DNA of 64,000 bases from an uncultured Gammaproteobacteria bacterium (GCA_963729605.1 CAVSNY010000007.1:1024001-1088000); one strand, 5' to 3'. Counted from the stretch's first letter, positions 43,297 to 54,931 are shown. Notes: generated by a model from the sequence alone, not told the origin. Numbers and translations: made by a program.

Positions 43297-43656
43297 ATGC
43301 ACTACGTTGATGGATTCGTCATTCCGATACCGAAGAAGAATATACCGGCCTACCGCCGCATCGCCCGCAAGGCGGGGAGGATTTGGCGCGAGTACGGCGC
43401 GCTCGAATATCGGGAGTGCGTCGGAGAGGATCTTGATGCGAAGATGTTGGTTCCGTTTCCACGCAGCGTCAAATGCAAACCCGGCGAGACGGTGGTTTTT
43501 GCGTGGATTATGTTCAAGTCACGGGCGCATCGCGATCGCGTGAATGCCAAGGTGATGCAGGATCCGCGTCTCGCGAAGATGATGGAGGGAGTGGCCATGC
43601 CCTTCGACGTCAAGCGCATGGTCTATGGTGGGTTCAAGACCATGGTTTACCTTTGA
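43297..43656 (+). CDS. DUF1428 family protein
   Basis: YVDGFV, EYGAL, HRDRVNAKVMQDPR and MPFDVKRMVYGGF motifs. Confidence 0.9.
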   Translation: MHYVDGFVIPIPKKNIPAYRRIARKAGRIWREYGALEYRECVGEDLDAKMLVPFPRSVKCKPGETVVFAWIMFKSRAHRDRVNAKVMQDPRLAKMMEGVAMPFDVKRMVYGGFKTMVYL

Positions 43657-43860
43657 TCATGGAATAAGCGAAAGTGTGAACGGGGCCGTGTCCATGCAAC
43701 ACGCGCGCCCGTTAACCCGCCGCGAATTGCCCGGCGGTTTTTGACGACATTGCGGCGCCGACTCGTCGCGAAGCCGCTCTGTGTTCATCCGCTCGTTGAC
43801 GGAATTTTTCTGAAGGATGTTGTAATCGACGGCGTCGTTCTGCCGATTCCCTCGCCCTAT

Positions 43861-43982
43861 GCAGGTGGGTTAGGCCAAAGGCCGTAACCCACCAACACGT
43901 CGCGTAGCGACTCATCGATCAATCTTTATAAGGAGCGCCTGACGGCGCGGGTGGTGGGTTACGCTGCGCTAACCCACCCTAC
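43861..43982. repeat. REP doublet (REPIN-like)
   Basis: Inverted REPs; spacer homologous to the reverse complement of 32179-32233. Confidence 0.82.
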
Positions 43983-44022
43983 ATTGATTTTGGGCGGGCG
44001 GTTTTGAGATGGCGATGTCGGA

Positions 44023-45582
44023 TTAACCGGCGGGCTTCTGCGCCAACATCCGCGCGAGCGGCCGCACCAGCAAGGCCATCGCGACGGTGGCGAGCAAGGC
44101 GATGGCGGTGATCGCGGTAAACAGCGTCGGCAGGGCGAAGGATTCATACAAACTCGCGATCTGTCCGCCGAGATAATTGCCCACTGAGGTGGCGAGGAAC
44201 CAGGCGCCCATCATCAGCCCCGCGATGCGCGCGGGCGCGAGTCTGGTCATCGCGCTCAGGCCGATCGGACTCAGGCACAATTCACCCAGGGTGTGCAGCA
44301 GGTAAACGATGGCCAACCAGAGCGGGCTGACCCGCACGCCCGCTTCCGCTAGTTGCGCCGCCACGGCGAGTACGCCGAAACCCGCCGCCGCGAAGAAGAG
44401 GCCGATGGCGAATTTGGCGGGACTGGAAGGATCTTTCGCGCCTAGCTTCAACCACAGCCAGGCGAACAGCGGCGCGAGCAGGATGATGTAAAGCGAATTG
44501 AGCGACTGCCACCAGCTCGAAGGGAATGAGAAGCCGAAAATTGCATTGTCGGTATTGCGCTGGGCGAACAGATTCAAGGTGGAGCCCGCCTGTTCGAATA
44601 AAGACCAGAACACACTGGCGCCCACAAAGAGCACGGCGATGGCGATGAGTTGTTTGCGCTCCGTGGCGGTCCACGTCCCCGCCCGGAACAGCCATACGAA
44701 AAAGCCCAAGGTCACCACCAATAATAAATAACCGAAACCGGTGGTGACGGTCATCGCGCTGATCCGGCCGCTGGACGCCAGCCCGGCGATGACGATCAGC
44801 GCCGCGACGATGGCGGTTACGAGGAGATAAAGGCGTGTGCGCAAACGCGCCTCCGCCGCGGCATTTTCCACGTGCGGCGGACGCCATTCCTGCTCGTCCA
44901 TGTCGCGCCAACCTTTCAAATACCACACCAGGCCGATCGCCATGCCGACCGCCGCCGCGGCGAAGCCCCAATGCCAGGAAGTTTCGGGCGCGATACCCCA
45001 GCCGGCCAATGTCGCTTTGAAGCCTTCGCTTTGCGCCAGCCAACCGGTGACCAGCGGCGCCAGAAACGCGCCGAGGTTGATGCCGAGATAATAGAGTGAG
45101 AATCCGGCGTCGCGCCGCCGGTCGTCGGGCGCGTACAACTGGCCCACCATGAGGCTGATGTTGGGCTTGAGCAGGCCCGTGCCGATGACGATCAAACCCA
45201 GGCCAAAATAAAATGTGGCGAGTCCCGGTATCGCCAGGCTGATATGGCCGCACATGATGGCGATGCCGCCGTACAAGGTCGCCTTGCGCGGGCCGATGAA
45301 ACGGTCGGCGAACCAGCCGCCGGGCAGGGCGAGCAAGTACACCAGGGAGGTATAAGTGCCGTAGATCATGCCGGCCTGCGCGGTGTCCATGCCGAGGCCG
45401 CCGGCGACGACCGGCGCCGTCATGAACAGAATCAGCAGCGCGCGCATGCCGTAATAGCTGAAGCGTTCCCAGAATTCGGTAAAGAACAGCGTGCGCAGAC
45501 CGCCGGGGTGGCCGAAGAACGCCTGGTTGGACTGCTGTGGTTTCACCGGCAATAAGACCTTGGGGTTGCTATTCGCCGCCAA
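44023..45582 (-). CDS. POT-family peptide:H+ symporter
   Basis: EFWERFSYYGMR, GTGLLKPN and GELCLSPIG motifs. Confidence 0.93.
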   Translation of the reverse strand: MAANSNPKVLLPVKPQQSNQAFFGHPGGLRTLFFTEFWERFSYYGMRALLILFMTAPVVAGGLGMDTAQAGMIYGTYTSLVYLLALPGGWFADRFIGPRKATLYGGIAIMCGHISLAIPGLATFYFGLGLIVIGTGLLKPNISLMVGQLYAPDDRRRDAGFSLYYLGINLGAFLAPLVTGWLAQSEGFKATLAGWGIAPETSWHWGFAAAAVGMAIGLVWYLKGWRDMDEQEWRPPHVENAAAEARLRTRLYLLVTAIVAALIVIAGLASSGRISAMTVTTGFGYLLLVVTLGFFVWLFRAGTWTATERKQLIAIAVLFVGASVFWSLFEQAGSTLNLFAQRNTDNAIFGFSFPSSWWQSLNSLYIILLAPLFAWLWLKLGAKDPSSPAKFAIGLFFAAAGFGVLAVAAQLAEAGVRVSPLWLAIVYLLHTLGELCLSPIGLSAMTRLAPARIAGLMMGAWFLATSVGNYLGGQIASLYESFALPTLFTAITAIALLATVAMALLVRPLARMLAQKPAG

Positions 45583-45851
45583 ACAGGATGCGCTGCCTAT
45601 CCTGAGAAAATGGGTCGTTGCGCGCTCTTCTTGTGGAAATTATCACACTTGCCGTACCCGAGAAATCACGGACTGTTGGAGCGCAGGAATGATGGGGACA
45701 TGGCGGGGTTTTATCGCGCGGATGAGTGATCCCAATACCCAATATCGGCGCCGCCGTTTGGGGTTTCCGCTGGTATCGGTAAAAGGTCCGCCGCGATCGA
45801 TGTTGGCTTCATGAGCCTGACCGTCATACCCATAAAATGCAGAGGTATTCG

Positions 45852-45935
45852 CGTCGATGTTGTTTACAGTTATTCTCGGATAAAAATTTAAGCAATTGAA
45901 TTTAATAATTATTAATACTAGGCACGAGGTTTGCT
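45852..45935 (+). promoter_or_regulatory. Enhancer-like site plus sigma-54 promoter of the PEP-CTERM gene
   Basis: CGT-N11-ACA at 45852-45868, AT-rich spacer, AGGCACGAGGTTTGCT (GG-N10-GC) at 45920-45935. Confidence 0.7.
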
Positions 45936-45980
45936 AGATTGAGGACAGACCTGCATTAACTTTTTTCTCGGGATAAAAAC

Positions 45981-46604
45981 ATGAAGTTTAGAAAAATCGA
46001 CATGAAGCTCAATCTTATCGCCGCCGCCATCTTGTCTCTCGGATGCATAGCCGGGAGTGCCAATGCCTCGGTTCTGTATTCGCAAACTTACGCCGGCGCT
46101 CCGGACGGAGACCCGTGGTGCACGTCTTGCGGCGGTGCGTTCCGCGTCTTTGATCAATTCACGCTCGGTTCCGCCGCGTCGATTGGCGAAGTCGATTTTT
46201 CTATCGTCAATTGGTATGGCAGTAACTATAACCTGCAAGTGGGGATTTGGGAGACCGATCATACGACGAATCTCTATTTGAACACCTTCGCCCCCGGCGA
46301 CTATACGCTGGTCAACAATGTGGCACTCGGGTACTACACGGCGACCGTTGATCTGGGCGGCGTGGCGCTCGCGGCAGGCACCTACACGATGTCTTGGTGG
46401 GATGCCACTAACATGGCTATCGCATCTTGGATCGGCGCGCCGGGTAACTTGTATCAAGAAGGTGTTGGATTCCATTTGGGACAAAACGCGCAATTTACCA
46501 TTCGTGGCGTCGAAGCAGGAACGGTTCCCGAACCCGAGAGCCTTGCCCTGCTCGGCCTTGGGCTGCTCGGTCTGGCCGCTGTCCGCCGTCGCAAGACTGT
46601 TTAA
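45981..46604 (+). CDS. PEP-CTERM sorting domain protein
   Basis: Signal peptide; VPEPESLALLGLGLLGLAAVRRRK tail. Confidence 0.92.
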   Translation: MKFRKIDMKLNLIAAAILSLGCIAGSANASVLYSQTYAGAPDGDPWCTSCGGAFRVFDQFTLGSAASIGEVDFSIVNWYGSNYNLQVGIWETDHTTNLYLNTFAPGDYTLVNNVALGYYTATVDLGGVALAAGTYTMSWWDATNMAIASWIGAPGNLYQEGVGFHLGQNAQFTIRGVEAGTVPEPESLALLGLGLLGLAAVRRRKTV

Positions 46605-46622
46605 TCCGCAAGGCTGTTTGGT

Positions 46623-46656
46623 AAAAAAAGGCGACTCCAGAGGGGTCGCCTTTTTT
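46623..46656. terminator. Bidirectional terminator
   Basis: AAAAAAAGGCGACTCC-aga-GGGGTCGCCTTTTTT between convergent genes. Confidence 0.85.
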
Positions 46657-46668
46657 ATTGCGTGCGGA

Positions 46669-47067
46669 TCAACCGGCATTGCGTATCTCAAGCGCGGCGC
46701 CGCAGGTCGCGCAGTATTTCCAGAAGGTCGGGTAGTCATCGCGGGACAGTTCGATGTGGAGGGGATTCATGCAAGCCGGACATTGGCCCGCCACCGCGGC
46801 GCTGATGGTGCGCATACGCCAGCAGACGTAGATTTCGTAAGGGACGAACAGCAGAAAAAAGAGGCCGTAAAAAAGCGCTTCGCCGGGGAAGATCATCAGG
46901 CCGAAGCCCAATAATAAAAACTTGCCGGATTCTTTGATGCTGATCAGCAAGCGGCCCAGGGCGCCGTAAACGGTGTAATGATAGGTTCCCGGCAGTTGCT
47001 TTTCGAGCAAGGTGGATTTGATCCATACCGGTTTATTGCCGGGTTTGCCTGAGAAGAGGGTTCGCAT
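46669..47067 (-). CDS. Hypothetical membrane protein with C-terminal CxxC-CxxC
   Basis: Two hydrophobic segments, then CPAC...CATC. Confidence 0.6.
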   Translation of the reverse strand: MRTLFSGKPGNKPVWIKSTLLEKQLPGTYHYTVYGALGRLLISIKESGKFLLLGFGLMIFPGEALFYGLFFLLFVPYEIYVCWRMRTISAAVAGQCPACMNPLHIELSRDDYPTFWKYCATCGAALEIRNAG

Positions 47068-47406
47068 ACGGTAATCACTTACCAAAAAAGCCGCGTCGCT
47101 CCGACTATATACACTATCGGAAATGCGGGGTAGGTGACGGCCGGCAGACGGCGGCGCAGTCTCGTCCGCGGTGCCGGCGATGAAGCTTGCGAAGGTCAGG
47201 CGACGACGATGGATTGTTTGAACTCGGCAAGCCGCGTGGAAGACAGGTTACGCGGCGCTCACTCACCCTATATTGATTAACGGGGGCAGGACGCAACGAA
47301 TGACGCGCTTTGATTGCATGTCGCCCACCCCCTCCCGGCACGGGGAGGGGGAAGACAGAAGTGTATTGGGAAAAATAATTTCCAATCGGTTGCCCCCGCG
47401 GCCCCG

Positions 47407-47505
47407 TCAGCCCTGCTTTTTGGACTTCTTCTCCGCCCTTTTTTCCTTGAGGGATTTGGCCGGCTTTTTCTTGGCTTCCTTTTTCGCGTCTTGGCCCTTG
47501 CTCAT
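47407..47505 (-). CDS. 32-aa Lys-rich small protein
   Basis: MSKGQDAKKEAKKKPAKSLKEKRAEKKSKKQG* with AAGGAG RBS; below the ORF-track cutoff. Confidence 0.7.
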   Translation of the reverse strand: MSKGQDAKKEAKKKPAKSLKEKRAEKKSKKQG

Positions 47506-47610
47506 GCTCTCGGCTCCTTTAGGTTGAGATTGGTGATGATCCAGACTACGAAGTATACCGTTTTGCCGGTTCTTGTCAGCCCGTTTTCAGCACGCGGCAT
47601 AGCGGGGAAT

Positions 47611-49413
47611 TCACCGCGGGCCCGCTTGCCCAGCGTCCTTGTCCTGCGAGGCGGCGTCCGCCTCGAAGAGGTCCTGTAATGCCTCCGCCGCGCCCTTCAC
47701 GCTTTGGATCAATTGCGTCTCGTCGTGATGGAAAGCGTGTTGCTTGAGCAGGGCCGCCTCGTCGTGGACGCGGAATTTTTCGATGGATTCGACGACCTCG
47801 TTTTTCGGCAGCCCCAAACCGCAGAGCACCTGCTCGGCCAGGCGCAGGCTGGAGAAATAGGTCTCGCGTACGAAGACCTTGACCCCGAGGTCCATCAACA
47901 TATGGGCGTGATGACGGTTGCGCGCCCGCGCGTAGATGTCCAGTTTCGGGAAATGGGTCTTCACCAGCTCGGCGATTTTGAGCGAGGCCTCTACGTCGTC
48001 CACCGCCAACACGAAGAGCTTGGCCTGATCGATACGGGCGGCGCGCAGCAGGTCGAGGCGGCTGGCGTCGCCGTAATAAATCTTGCCGCCGTATTTGCGC
48101 ACGAAATCGACTTGAGTCTGGCTGATTTCGAGGGCGGTGAAGGAAATATGCTTGAGCCGCAATAAGCGGCCGATGATTTGCCCGACCCGGCCGAAGCCGG
48201 CGATGATCACCGGATTGCCCGGCTCGTCGATGCGGTCGAACACCGGTTCGGCCGGTCCGTCCAGCCAGGGTTTCAACAGCCTGTCATTGAGCAGGAACAA
48301 CAACGGCGTGGCGGCCATGCTCAGGCTCACCACCAGAATGAGCATCTCGGTCAGGGCGGGCGCGAGGATCTGGTAAGTCGTGGCCGCGGTAAACAGCACG
48401 AAAGCGAATTCGCCCCCCTGCGACAAGACGAAGGCCAGGATGCGCCCGTGCGGCGCCGGCATTTGAAAGGCCCGGGCCAACCCGTACAGCACGAGCCATT
48501 TCATGATCAGCAGACCGCCGACCAGACCCAGCACCGTCCACGGCGCCGAGCCCAGCAGGCCGAGATTGACCGACATGCCCACGGCGATGAAGAACAGGCC
48601 GAGCAACAGGCCCTTGAAGGGCTCGATATTGGCTTCGATTTCATGACAGTATTCGGAGTCGGCCAATAACACGCCGGCCAGAAAGGCGCCCAAGGCCATC
48701 GACAGGCCGGCCATGTCCATCAGCAAGGTGGCGACGATGACCAGCATCAGGCTGGTCGCCGCGAAAATGTCATGGCTGCCGGAGGCGGCCACCCAGCGGA
48801 AGACCGGACGCAGCAGATAACGGCCGCCGATCACCAATACGGCGATGGCCGCCGCGCCGGTGAAAACTTTTTGGACGATGCCGGCATCGCCGCTCTCGGC
48901 CGTGCTCACCCCCAGCAGCGGCAACAAGGCCAGCAGCGGAATGACCGCTAAATCCTGGAACAGCAGGATCGCGAAGGCCGAGCGGCCGTGTGCGGTGCCG
49001 AGCTGTTTTTTCTCGGCGAGGAGTTGCAGCACGAAGGCGGTCGACGACAAGGACAGGCCGAGGCCGACGATGACGGCGCTGGCGAACGGCAGACCCAAAG
49101 CCAGGCCGAGCAGGGTGAGCCCAAGGCCGGTGGCGAGCACTTGCGCGAGACCCATGCCGAAGATCGAACGGCGCAACACCCACAAACGGGAAGGTTGCAA
49201 TTCCAGACCGATGACGAACAGCAGCAGCACCACGCCCAATTCGGCGAAATGCAGAATATTGTCCACATCGGTGATCAGGCCCAGGCACCACGGACCGATG
49301 ATCACGCCGGCCACCAGATAACCCAGCACCGAGCCGAAGCCGAATTTGTTGAAGAGGGTCACCGCGACGATGGCAGCCCCGAGCAGGATGGCGGATTCTT
49401 GCAGGAAATCCAT
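47611..49413 (-). CDS. CPA2 K+/H+ antiporter (KefB/KefC-like)
   Basis: SLSSTA, LLFQDL, EPFKGLLLG, QGGEFAF and KTN GFGRVG motifs. Confidence 0.92.
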   Translation of the reverse strand: MDFLQESAILLGAAIVAVTLFNKFGFGSVLGYLVAGVIIGPWCLGLITDVDNILHFAELGVVLLLFVIGLELQPSRLWVLRRSIFGMGLAQVLATGLGLTLLGLALGLPFASAVIVGLGLSLSSTAFVLQLLAEKKQLGTAHGRSAFAILLFQDLAVIPLLALLPLLGVSTAESGDAGIVQKVFTGAAAIAVLVIGGRYLLRPVFRWVAASGSHDIFAATSLMLVIVATLLMDMAGLSMALGAFLAGVLLADSEYCHEIEANIEPFKGLLLGLFFIAVGMSVNLGLLGSAPWTVLGLVGGLLIMKWLVLYGLARAFQMPAPHGRILAFVLSQGGEFAFVLFTAATTYQILAPALTEMLILVVSLSMAATPLLFLLNDRLLKPWLDGPAEPVFDRIDEPGNPVIIAGFGRVGQIIGRLLRLKHISFTALEISQTQVDFVRKYGGKIYYGDASRLDLLRAARIDQAKLFVLAVDDVEASLKIAELVKTHFPKLDIYARARNRHHAHMLMDLGVKVFVRETYFSSLRLAEQVLCGLGLPKNEVVESIEKFRVHDEAALLKQHAFHHDETQLIQSVKGAAEALQDLFEADAASQDKDAGQAGPR

Positions 49414-49624
49414 GGTGCTGGCCTTTGACGGTTATGGCTTAAGATTACCTGGAGTGCATTGGGAGCGCACTATCCCCGAAGCGCCCGAGGTAAGAAAGGG
49501 TGCGCGAGCCGTCAGGACCAGAGCGGGCGATTTTTATGAGACCGGCCTTGGCCGAGCGTGAAGGACGATGAACGATATATCGATGAGCGGGGTGGGAAGT
49601 ACCCCGAATAAAGAGGAGTAGAAC

Positions 49625-50350
<726 letters not shown>

Positions 50351-50556
50351 GTGGAAAAGTATCGGGCGTTAAACCCGCTCAAAGTTCAGTGAGATTGAAT
50401 CGCTTTCAAGCGAAGAGAGGCCCGCGGCGCGGATGGAATGTGATCTTCAATGGTGTGCGTCGTAAAGGCCTTCCGCCGCGATAATTAGCTTCTATTCAAA
50501 CGCGCGGCGGCAAACCCGCTTCCGATCCGCGCACGCCGGGGGACTCGGATCGGCGT

Positions 50557-51102
50557 TCATTCGTCGAGCAGCCGGGTCGGCAGGCCGTCGATGCTGGTCT
50601 GATTCTTTTCCCGCCAATAGTCGGTGATACCTTGCGGCCCTTTTTTCTCGGCCCAGCGCAGCAGGGTGGCGCGTTCGCCGGCGTAGGCGTAGAGCGGCAC
50701 GCCGTAGCCGCAGGAGGTCTGCGCCGATTCCAGCGTCATCACCATGATTTGCCGCGCGCCCGCCAGCGCGGGAAAGTGCCGGGACCAGGCCGGCCACTCG
50801 TCGTCGCGCGGCCGCACCACCCGGCCTTGCCCGTAAAGGCGCAGGATCAACGGCTGATTGTCGAAGCTGCAAAACATCAGTGTGAGGCGGCCGTCGGCGC
50901 GGAGATGGGCGGCGGTCTCGTTGCCGCTGCCGGTGACGTCGAGATAGGCCACCGTTTTGTCGTCGAGACAGCGCAGGCTGTCCATGCCTTTGGGCGAGAG
51001 GTTGATGCGCCCCTCGCCGGTGGCGGTGGCGGTGAAATAGAGGTGTTGCCGCGCGATGAAGTCGCGCAGCTCGTCGTTCAATACGGAATAAAACTTGGCC
51101 AT
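50557..51102 (-). CDS. Pyridoxamine 5'-phosphate oxidase family protein
   Basis: NLSPKG, GSGNETAAH, QTSCGYGVP and SIDGLP motifs. Confidence 0.88.
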   Translation of the reverse strand: MAKFYSVLNDELRDFIARQHLYFTATATGEGRINLSPKGMDSLRCLDDKTVAYLDVTGSGNETAAHLRADGRLTLMFCSFDNQPLILRLYGQGRVVRPRDDEWPAWSRHFPALAGARQIMVMTLESAQTSCGYGVPLYAYAGERATLLRWAEKKGPQGITDYWREKNQTSIDGLPTRLLDE

Positions 51103-51447
51103 GACGAGGAAACGTGTCCGATTGATCCTCCGCTTATCTTGGCGGACGCCCGCGGCGCTGTCCAATTTCCCGCAGCGCGGCCGTCGCTGAGGTTGTGTTT
51201 CGTCCATTCAGGAACAGAACTCTTCCCGCCTGACGCGCTGGTTTTAAAGGAGGTCGTAAAAAAGGGTGTGCTTCGTCTACTCAGGCACAGAAATCTCGCC
51301 TCCTTGTATAAGGAGGGGTGCCCCGCAGGGGCGGGGTGGTTGATACGCGAGCGATGAAACAGTTTGCCCTTTCATCGCAGAGCGAATATTCCATTCATTG
51401 CCCAGTGCGACTCCGAGCTGCCGCCGGTTATGGTCCCCGCGTGGGAT

Positions 51448-53481
51448 TTACATCCCCGTGACGGTGAAGCGGCCGACCAGATTTTGTAATTGTATGGCCA
51501 GGCGCGCCAACTCGTCGCTGGCGCCGGTAGTTTGCTCGGCGCTGGCCGCGGTTTGCTCGGCGACATCGCGGATGCGGGTGATGCTGCGGTTCATGTCTTC
51601 GGTGGTGACGCGTTGCTGCTCGGCCGCGGTGGCGATCTGGATATTCATCCGGTTGATGATGGTGACGGCTTCGGTGATGACGTCGATGGCGCCGGCCGCG
51701 GCGCGGGCCTGTTCCACGCTGGTTTGGGCGTGTTGCCGGCTCTCTTCCATGACCTGGACCGCTTCGCGCGCGCCGCCCTGCAATGTGACGATCATGTCCT
51801 GAATTTCGCGGGTGGATTGTTGGGTGCGGCCGGCCAGGGTGCGCACTTCATCGGCGACCACCGCGAAGCCGCGGCCTTGTTCGCCGGCGCGGGCGGCTTC
51901 GATAGCGGCGTTCAGCGCCAGCAAATTGGTCTGCTCGGCGATGCCTCGAATGACGTCCAGCACCGAACCGATGTTCTGACTGTCGCTGTCGACGCGTTTG
52001 ATGACATCGGCGGCCTTCTCGATTTCGCCGGCCAGAAGGGTGATGCCCTGCGAGGTCAAGCCGACTACGCGTCTGCTGTTTTTCGCCTCTTGATCGGCCT
52101 GCTCGGCGGCGCCGGCCGCGCCGTTGGTGTTGTTGGCCACTTCCTGCACCGTGGCGGTCATTTCATTCATGGCCGTCGCCACCTGATCGGTCTCCAGGCG
52201 CTGGAGATCGACGTTTTCGGCGCTCTCTTTGGAAATGGCGGCCAGTTCTTCCGCGGCGGCCGCCAATTGCGAAGTCGAACCGTTGATTTGTTGAATCAGC
52301 ATTTCGAACTGCGCGTTCATGGCATTGAAGGCGGCGCCGATCTCGCTCAGTTCGTCGCGGCCGTTGAGTTTGACACGGCTGGTGAGATCGCCGTCGGCGA
52401 AACGGCGGGTGGCGTCGCCGATGGTTTTGAGGTTGCCGATGATCGAATAATAGAGGGCGCTGAACAGGTAAGCGACGATCAGCAACACCAAACCGGCGAT
52501 GCTTGCCGTCGTCAGCATTTTTTGGCGGTCGGCGTCGATACGGTCGTTTAAGATTTTGTCGAAGACGAGGGTGGCTCTGCCGTATAGCGCATAGGTTGCG
52601 CCGATGGCGGTGGTCGCGGTATCGAAGACGGCTTTGCTGTCGATGGCGGTTGCTTCGGTCTGCAACAGGCGATCGTTGATCATTTTCTTGAACTGGCTGA
52701 CCGCGTCGTTGCTTTTTTGCACGCTATCGCGCAAGGATGCGGTTACTTCGGCATTTTCAGCGCCGGCGGTTTTTAGATTTCTGTTCAGGTCCTCATTCAG
52801 TTTATTTATCCTGCCCACCAGCGCGGTGAGTGTGATGGCGTCTTCCCGGTCGAGGCTTCCGGCCGCGGCGGCCCCGGCGCTCAGGGCCCGGGCTTGTCCC
52901 ATGTCTTCGGCCAATTGCGGCAAAATATTGGTTAGCGTGTCGCCCAGGTAATAACCGTCGAGCCGGGGATCCAGGGTGATTTCCGAACTGTCGGTGATGT
53001 GATGGGCCAATTCGATAAAGCCGTCAATGAGGTCGGTGTGCGCCTTGAAGCTGTCCTCACGCGCCATGGTCATCGATTCGGATTTGATGCGCCGCCATTG
53101 TTGCTGGAGGGTTTGCAGACGATCCGCGGTCTTCAAGGCGGCGCCTTCCCGCTGGTCGATCCGCTGCAAGGCCGCCAGATGCTTCTCCACCTCGTCGCGT
53201 TTTTGCAGGATGCGATCATGAAAACCCTGGTCGCCATGCAAATAGGAATGGGTCATCCCGCGGTGTTGCTGGATATGTTCAATCGGCGGGCCGAGGGCAT
53301 CGATGTACGCCAATCCGCGCCGCTCGTTTTCCCAGGTATTGATTTTATTTTTCAACTCGCCGACCACGAAGGCGCTCAGGCCGAGCAAACACAGAAAAAC
53401 CAGCAGAAAAATCAATCCGAACTTGAAGGGATAACGCAGGTGTTCCATCAGCCGGATCGCCGGCGCGAGTACTGCGTTCAT
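51448..53481 (-). CDS. Methyl-accepting chemotaxis protein
   Basis: Two TMs, helical sensor, [22 protein letters not shown]. Confidence 0.93.
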   Translation of the reverse strand: MNAVLAPAIRLMEHLRYPFKFGLIFLLVFLCLLGLSAFVVGELKNKINTWENERRGLAYIDALGPPIEHIQQHRGMTHSYLHGDQGFHDRILQKRDEVEKHLAALQRIDQREGAALKTADRLQTLQQQWRRIKSESMTMAREDSFKAHTDLIDGFIELAHHITDSSEITLDPRLDGYYLGDTLTNILPQLAEDMGQARALSAGAAAAGSLDREDAITLTALVGRINKLNEDLNRNLKTAGAENAEVTASLRDSVQKSNDAVSQFKKMINDRLLQTEATAIDSKAVFDTATTAIGATYALYGRATLVFDKILNDRIDADRQKMLTTASIAGLVLLIVAYLFSALYYSIIGNLKTIGDATRRFADGDLTSRVKLNGRDELSEIGAAFNAMNAQFEMLIQQINGSTSQLAAAAEELAAISKESAENVDLQRLETDQVATAMNEMTATVQEVANNTNGAAGAAEQADQEAKNSRRVVGLTSQGITLLAGEIEKAADVIKRVDSDSQNIGSVLDVIRGIAEQTNLLALNAAIEAARAGEQGRGFAVVADEVRTLAGRTQQSTREIQDMIVTLQGGAREAVQVMEESRQHAQTSVEQARAAAGAIDVITEAVTIINRMNIQIATAAEQQRVTTEDMNRSITRIRDVAEQTAASAEQTTGASDELARLAIQLQNLVGRFTVTGM

Positions 53482-53550
53482 AAGACGTGCTCCTTAAATG
53501 CAGAGGAAGGATGTCCGTAAGTCGAAACGTCACGAGGCAGGTAACGTCCT

Positions 53551-53578
53551 CTTCGCGGGCTAGCTTTAGCCTAGGCAC
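53551..53578 (-). promoter_or_regulatory. Putative sigma-28 promoter
   Basis: TAAA-N16-GACGTTAC upstream of the MCP. Confidence 0.35.
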
Positions 53579-53701
53579 CTGGTTTTTTATGGAGTAATGG
53601 GGACTTGCGTGACAAGGCCGGCGAAAGCAAGGCCCTGATCGATTCCGACACACTTGAACCTGATTCCATTACCATGAGTCTTTTTCGGCAGCGATGACCT
53701 C

Positions 53702-54931
53702 ATGCGGCAACCGGCCTCTGATTTATTTGATATTTACGCCAAGGCGGTGGCCGCCGTGCACGGCGCGGCCTGCGTGGAACACTGCCTGGCGGCGCGGCCG
53801 TGGCGCGGCGCGGTCCACGTCGTGGCGGTCGGCAAAGCGGCGGCGGCCATGTTGGCGGGTGCGCAGGCCGCCTTGGGACCCTCTTTGCACGCCGCGTTGC
53901 TGATCACCAAACCCGGTCACACGGCGCCGGAAACGGCACGCGATGCGCGGGTGACGGTAATAGAGGCCGGCCATCCGCTGCCGGATCAACGCAGTCTCGC
54001 CGCCGGCGCGGCCTTGTTGAATTTCATCGCCCAGACGCCGCCGGCCACGCCGCTCTTGTTCCTGATCTCCGGCGGCGCCTCGAGTCTGGTCGAGGTGTTG
54101 CCGCCGGGCGTGAGCCTCGCCGATCTGCGGCGGGTCAATCACTGGCTGCTGGGCAGCGGCCTCGCTATCCATGCCATGAACGCGCTGCGCAAACGGCTGT
54201 CCTGTATCAAAGGCGGACGGCTGGTGACGCATTTACAAGGCCGGCCGGTCTTGCAATTGCTGATCTCCGACGTGGCCGGCGACGCGCCGGCGGACATCGG
54301 TTCCGGTTTGTTGGCGCCGCCGGAGAACGCCGAACCGGCGCCGGCGGATCCGCCCGAATGGCTGCGCGAGTTGTTGCATCGCGCACCGCCCCCGCCGCCC
54401 GCGGACGCCGCGTGTTTCAACTCGATTGAGACTCGGATCATCGCCAATCTCGACCAGGCGCTGACGGCGGCGGCGCAGGCGGCGCGGGAACGCGGCTATG
54501 CGGTACACGCGCATGCCGACGGTTTGCGGGGCGACGCGGCGGCGCAAGGGCGGCGGCTCGCCGCTGAATTGCTGCAAGGGCCGGCGGGCGTGCATATCTG
54601 GGGCGGCGAGACCACGGTGGTGTTGCCGCCGCGCCCGGGGCGCGGCGGGCGCAATCAGCATCTCGCCCTCGCGGCGGCGCTGACATTGGCCGGGCATGAT
54701 AAGGTGTGGCTGTTGGCGGCGGGCAGCGACGGCAGCGACGGCGACGGCGAGGACGCGGGGGCTTTGGTCGATGGCGGCACCCTCGCGCGCGGTGAACTGG
54801 CGGGGTTGGATGCGGCCGAGTGTCTGCGGCGCGCCGACGCGGGGACCTTTCTCGAGGCCAGCGGCGATCTGATCAACACCGGCCCGACCGGGACCAATGT
54901 GATGGATCTGGTGATCGGGTTGAAGGAATGA
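53702..54931 (+). CDS. Glycerate kinase type 2 (MOFRL family)
   Basis: GKAA, AGHPLPD, ISGGASSL, GGETTV, GGRNQ and TGTNVMD motifs. Confidence 0.9.
   Translation: MRQPASDLFDIYAKAVAAVHGAACVEHCLAARPWRGAVHVVAVGKAAAAMLAGAQAALGPSLHAALLITKPGHTAPETARDARVTVIEAGHPLPDQRSLAAGAALLNFIAQTPPATPLLFLISGGASSLVEVLPPGVSLADLRRVNHWLLGSGLAIHAMNALRKRLSCIKGGRLVTHLQGRPVLQLLISDVAGDAPADIGSGLLAPPENAEPAPADPPEWLRELLHRAPPPPPADAACFNSIETRIIANLDQALTAAAQAARERGYAVHAHADGLRGDAAAQGRRLAAELLQGPAGVHIWGGETTVVLPPRPGRGGRNQHLALAAALTLAGHDKVWLLAAGSDGSDGDGEDAGALVDGGTLARGELAGLDAAECLRRADAGTFLEASGDLINTGPTGTNVMDLVIGLKE

Noticed and set aside
53500-53650. Possible c-di-GMP riboswitch upstream of the MCP
   Set aside because: GAAA-loop hairpin present, but the GEMM consensus elements could not be matched on the coding strand
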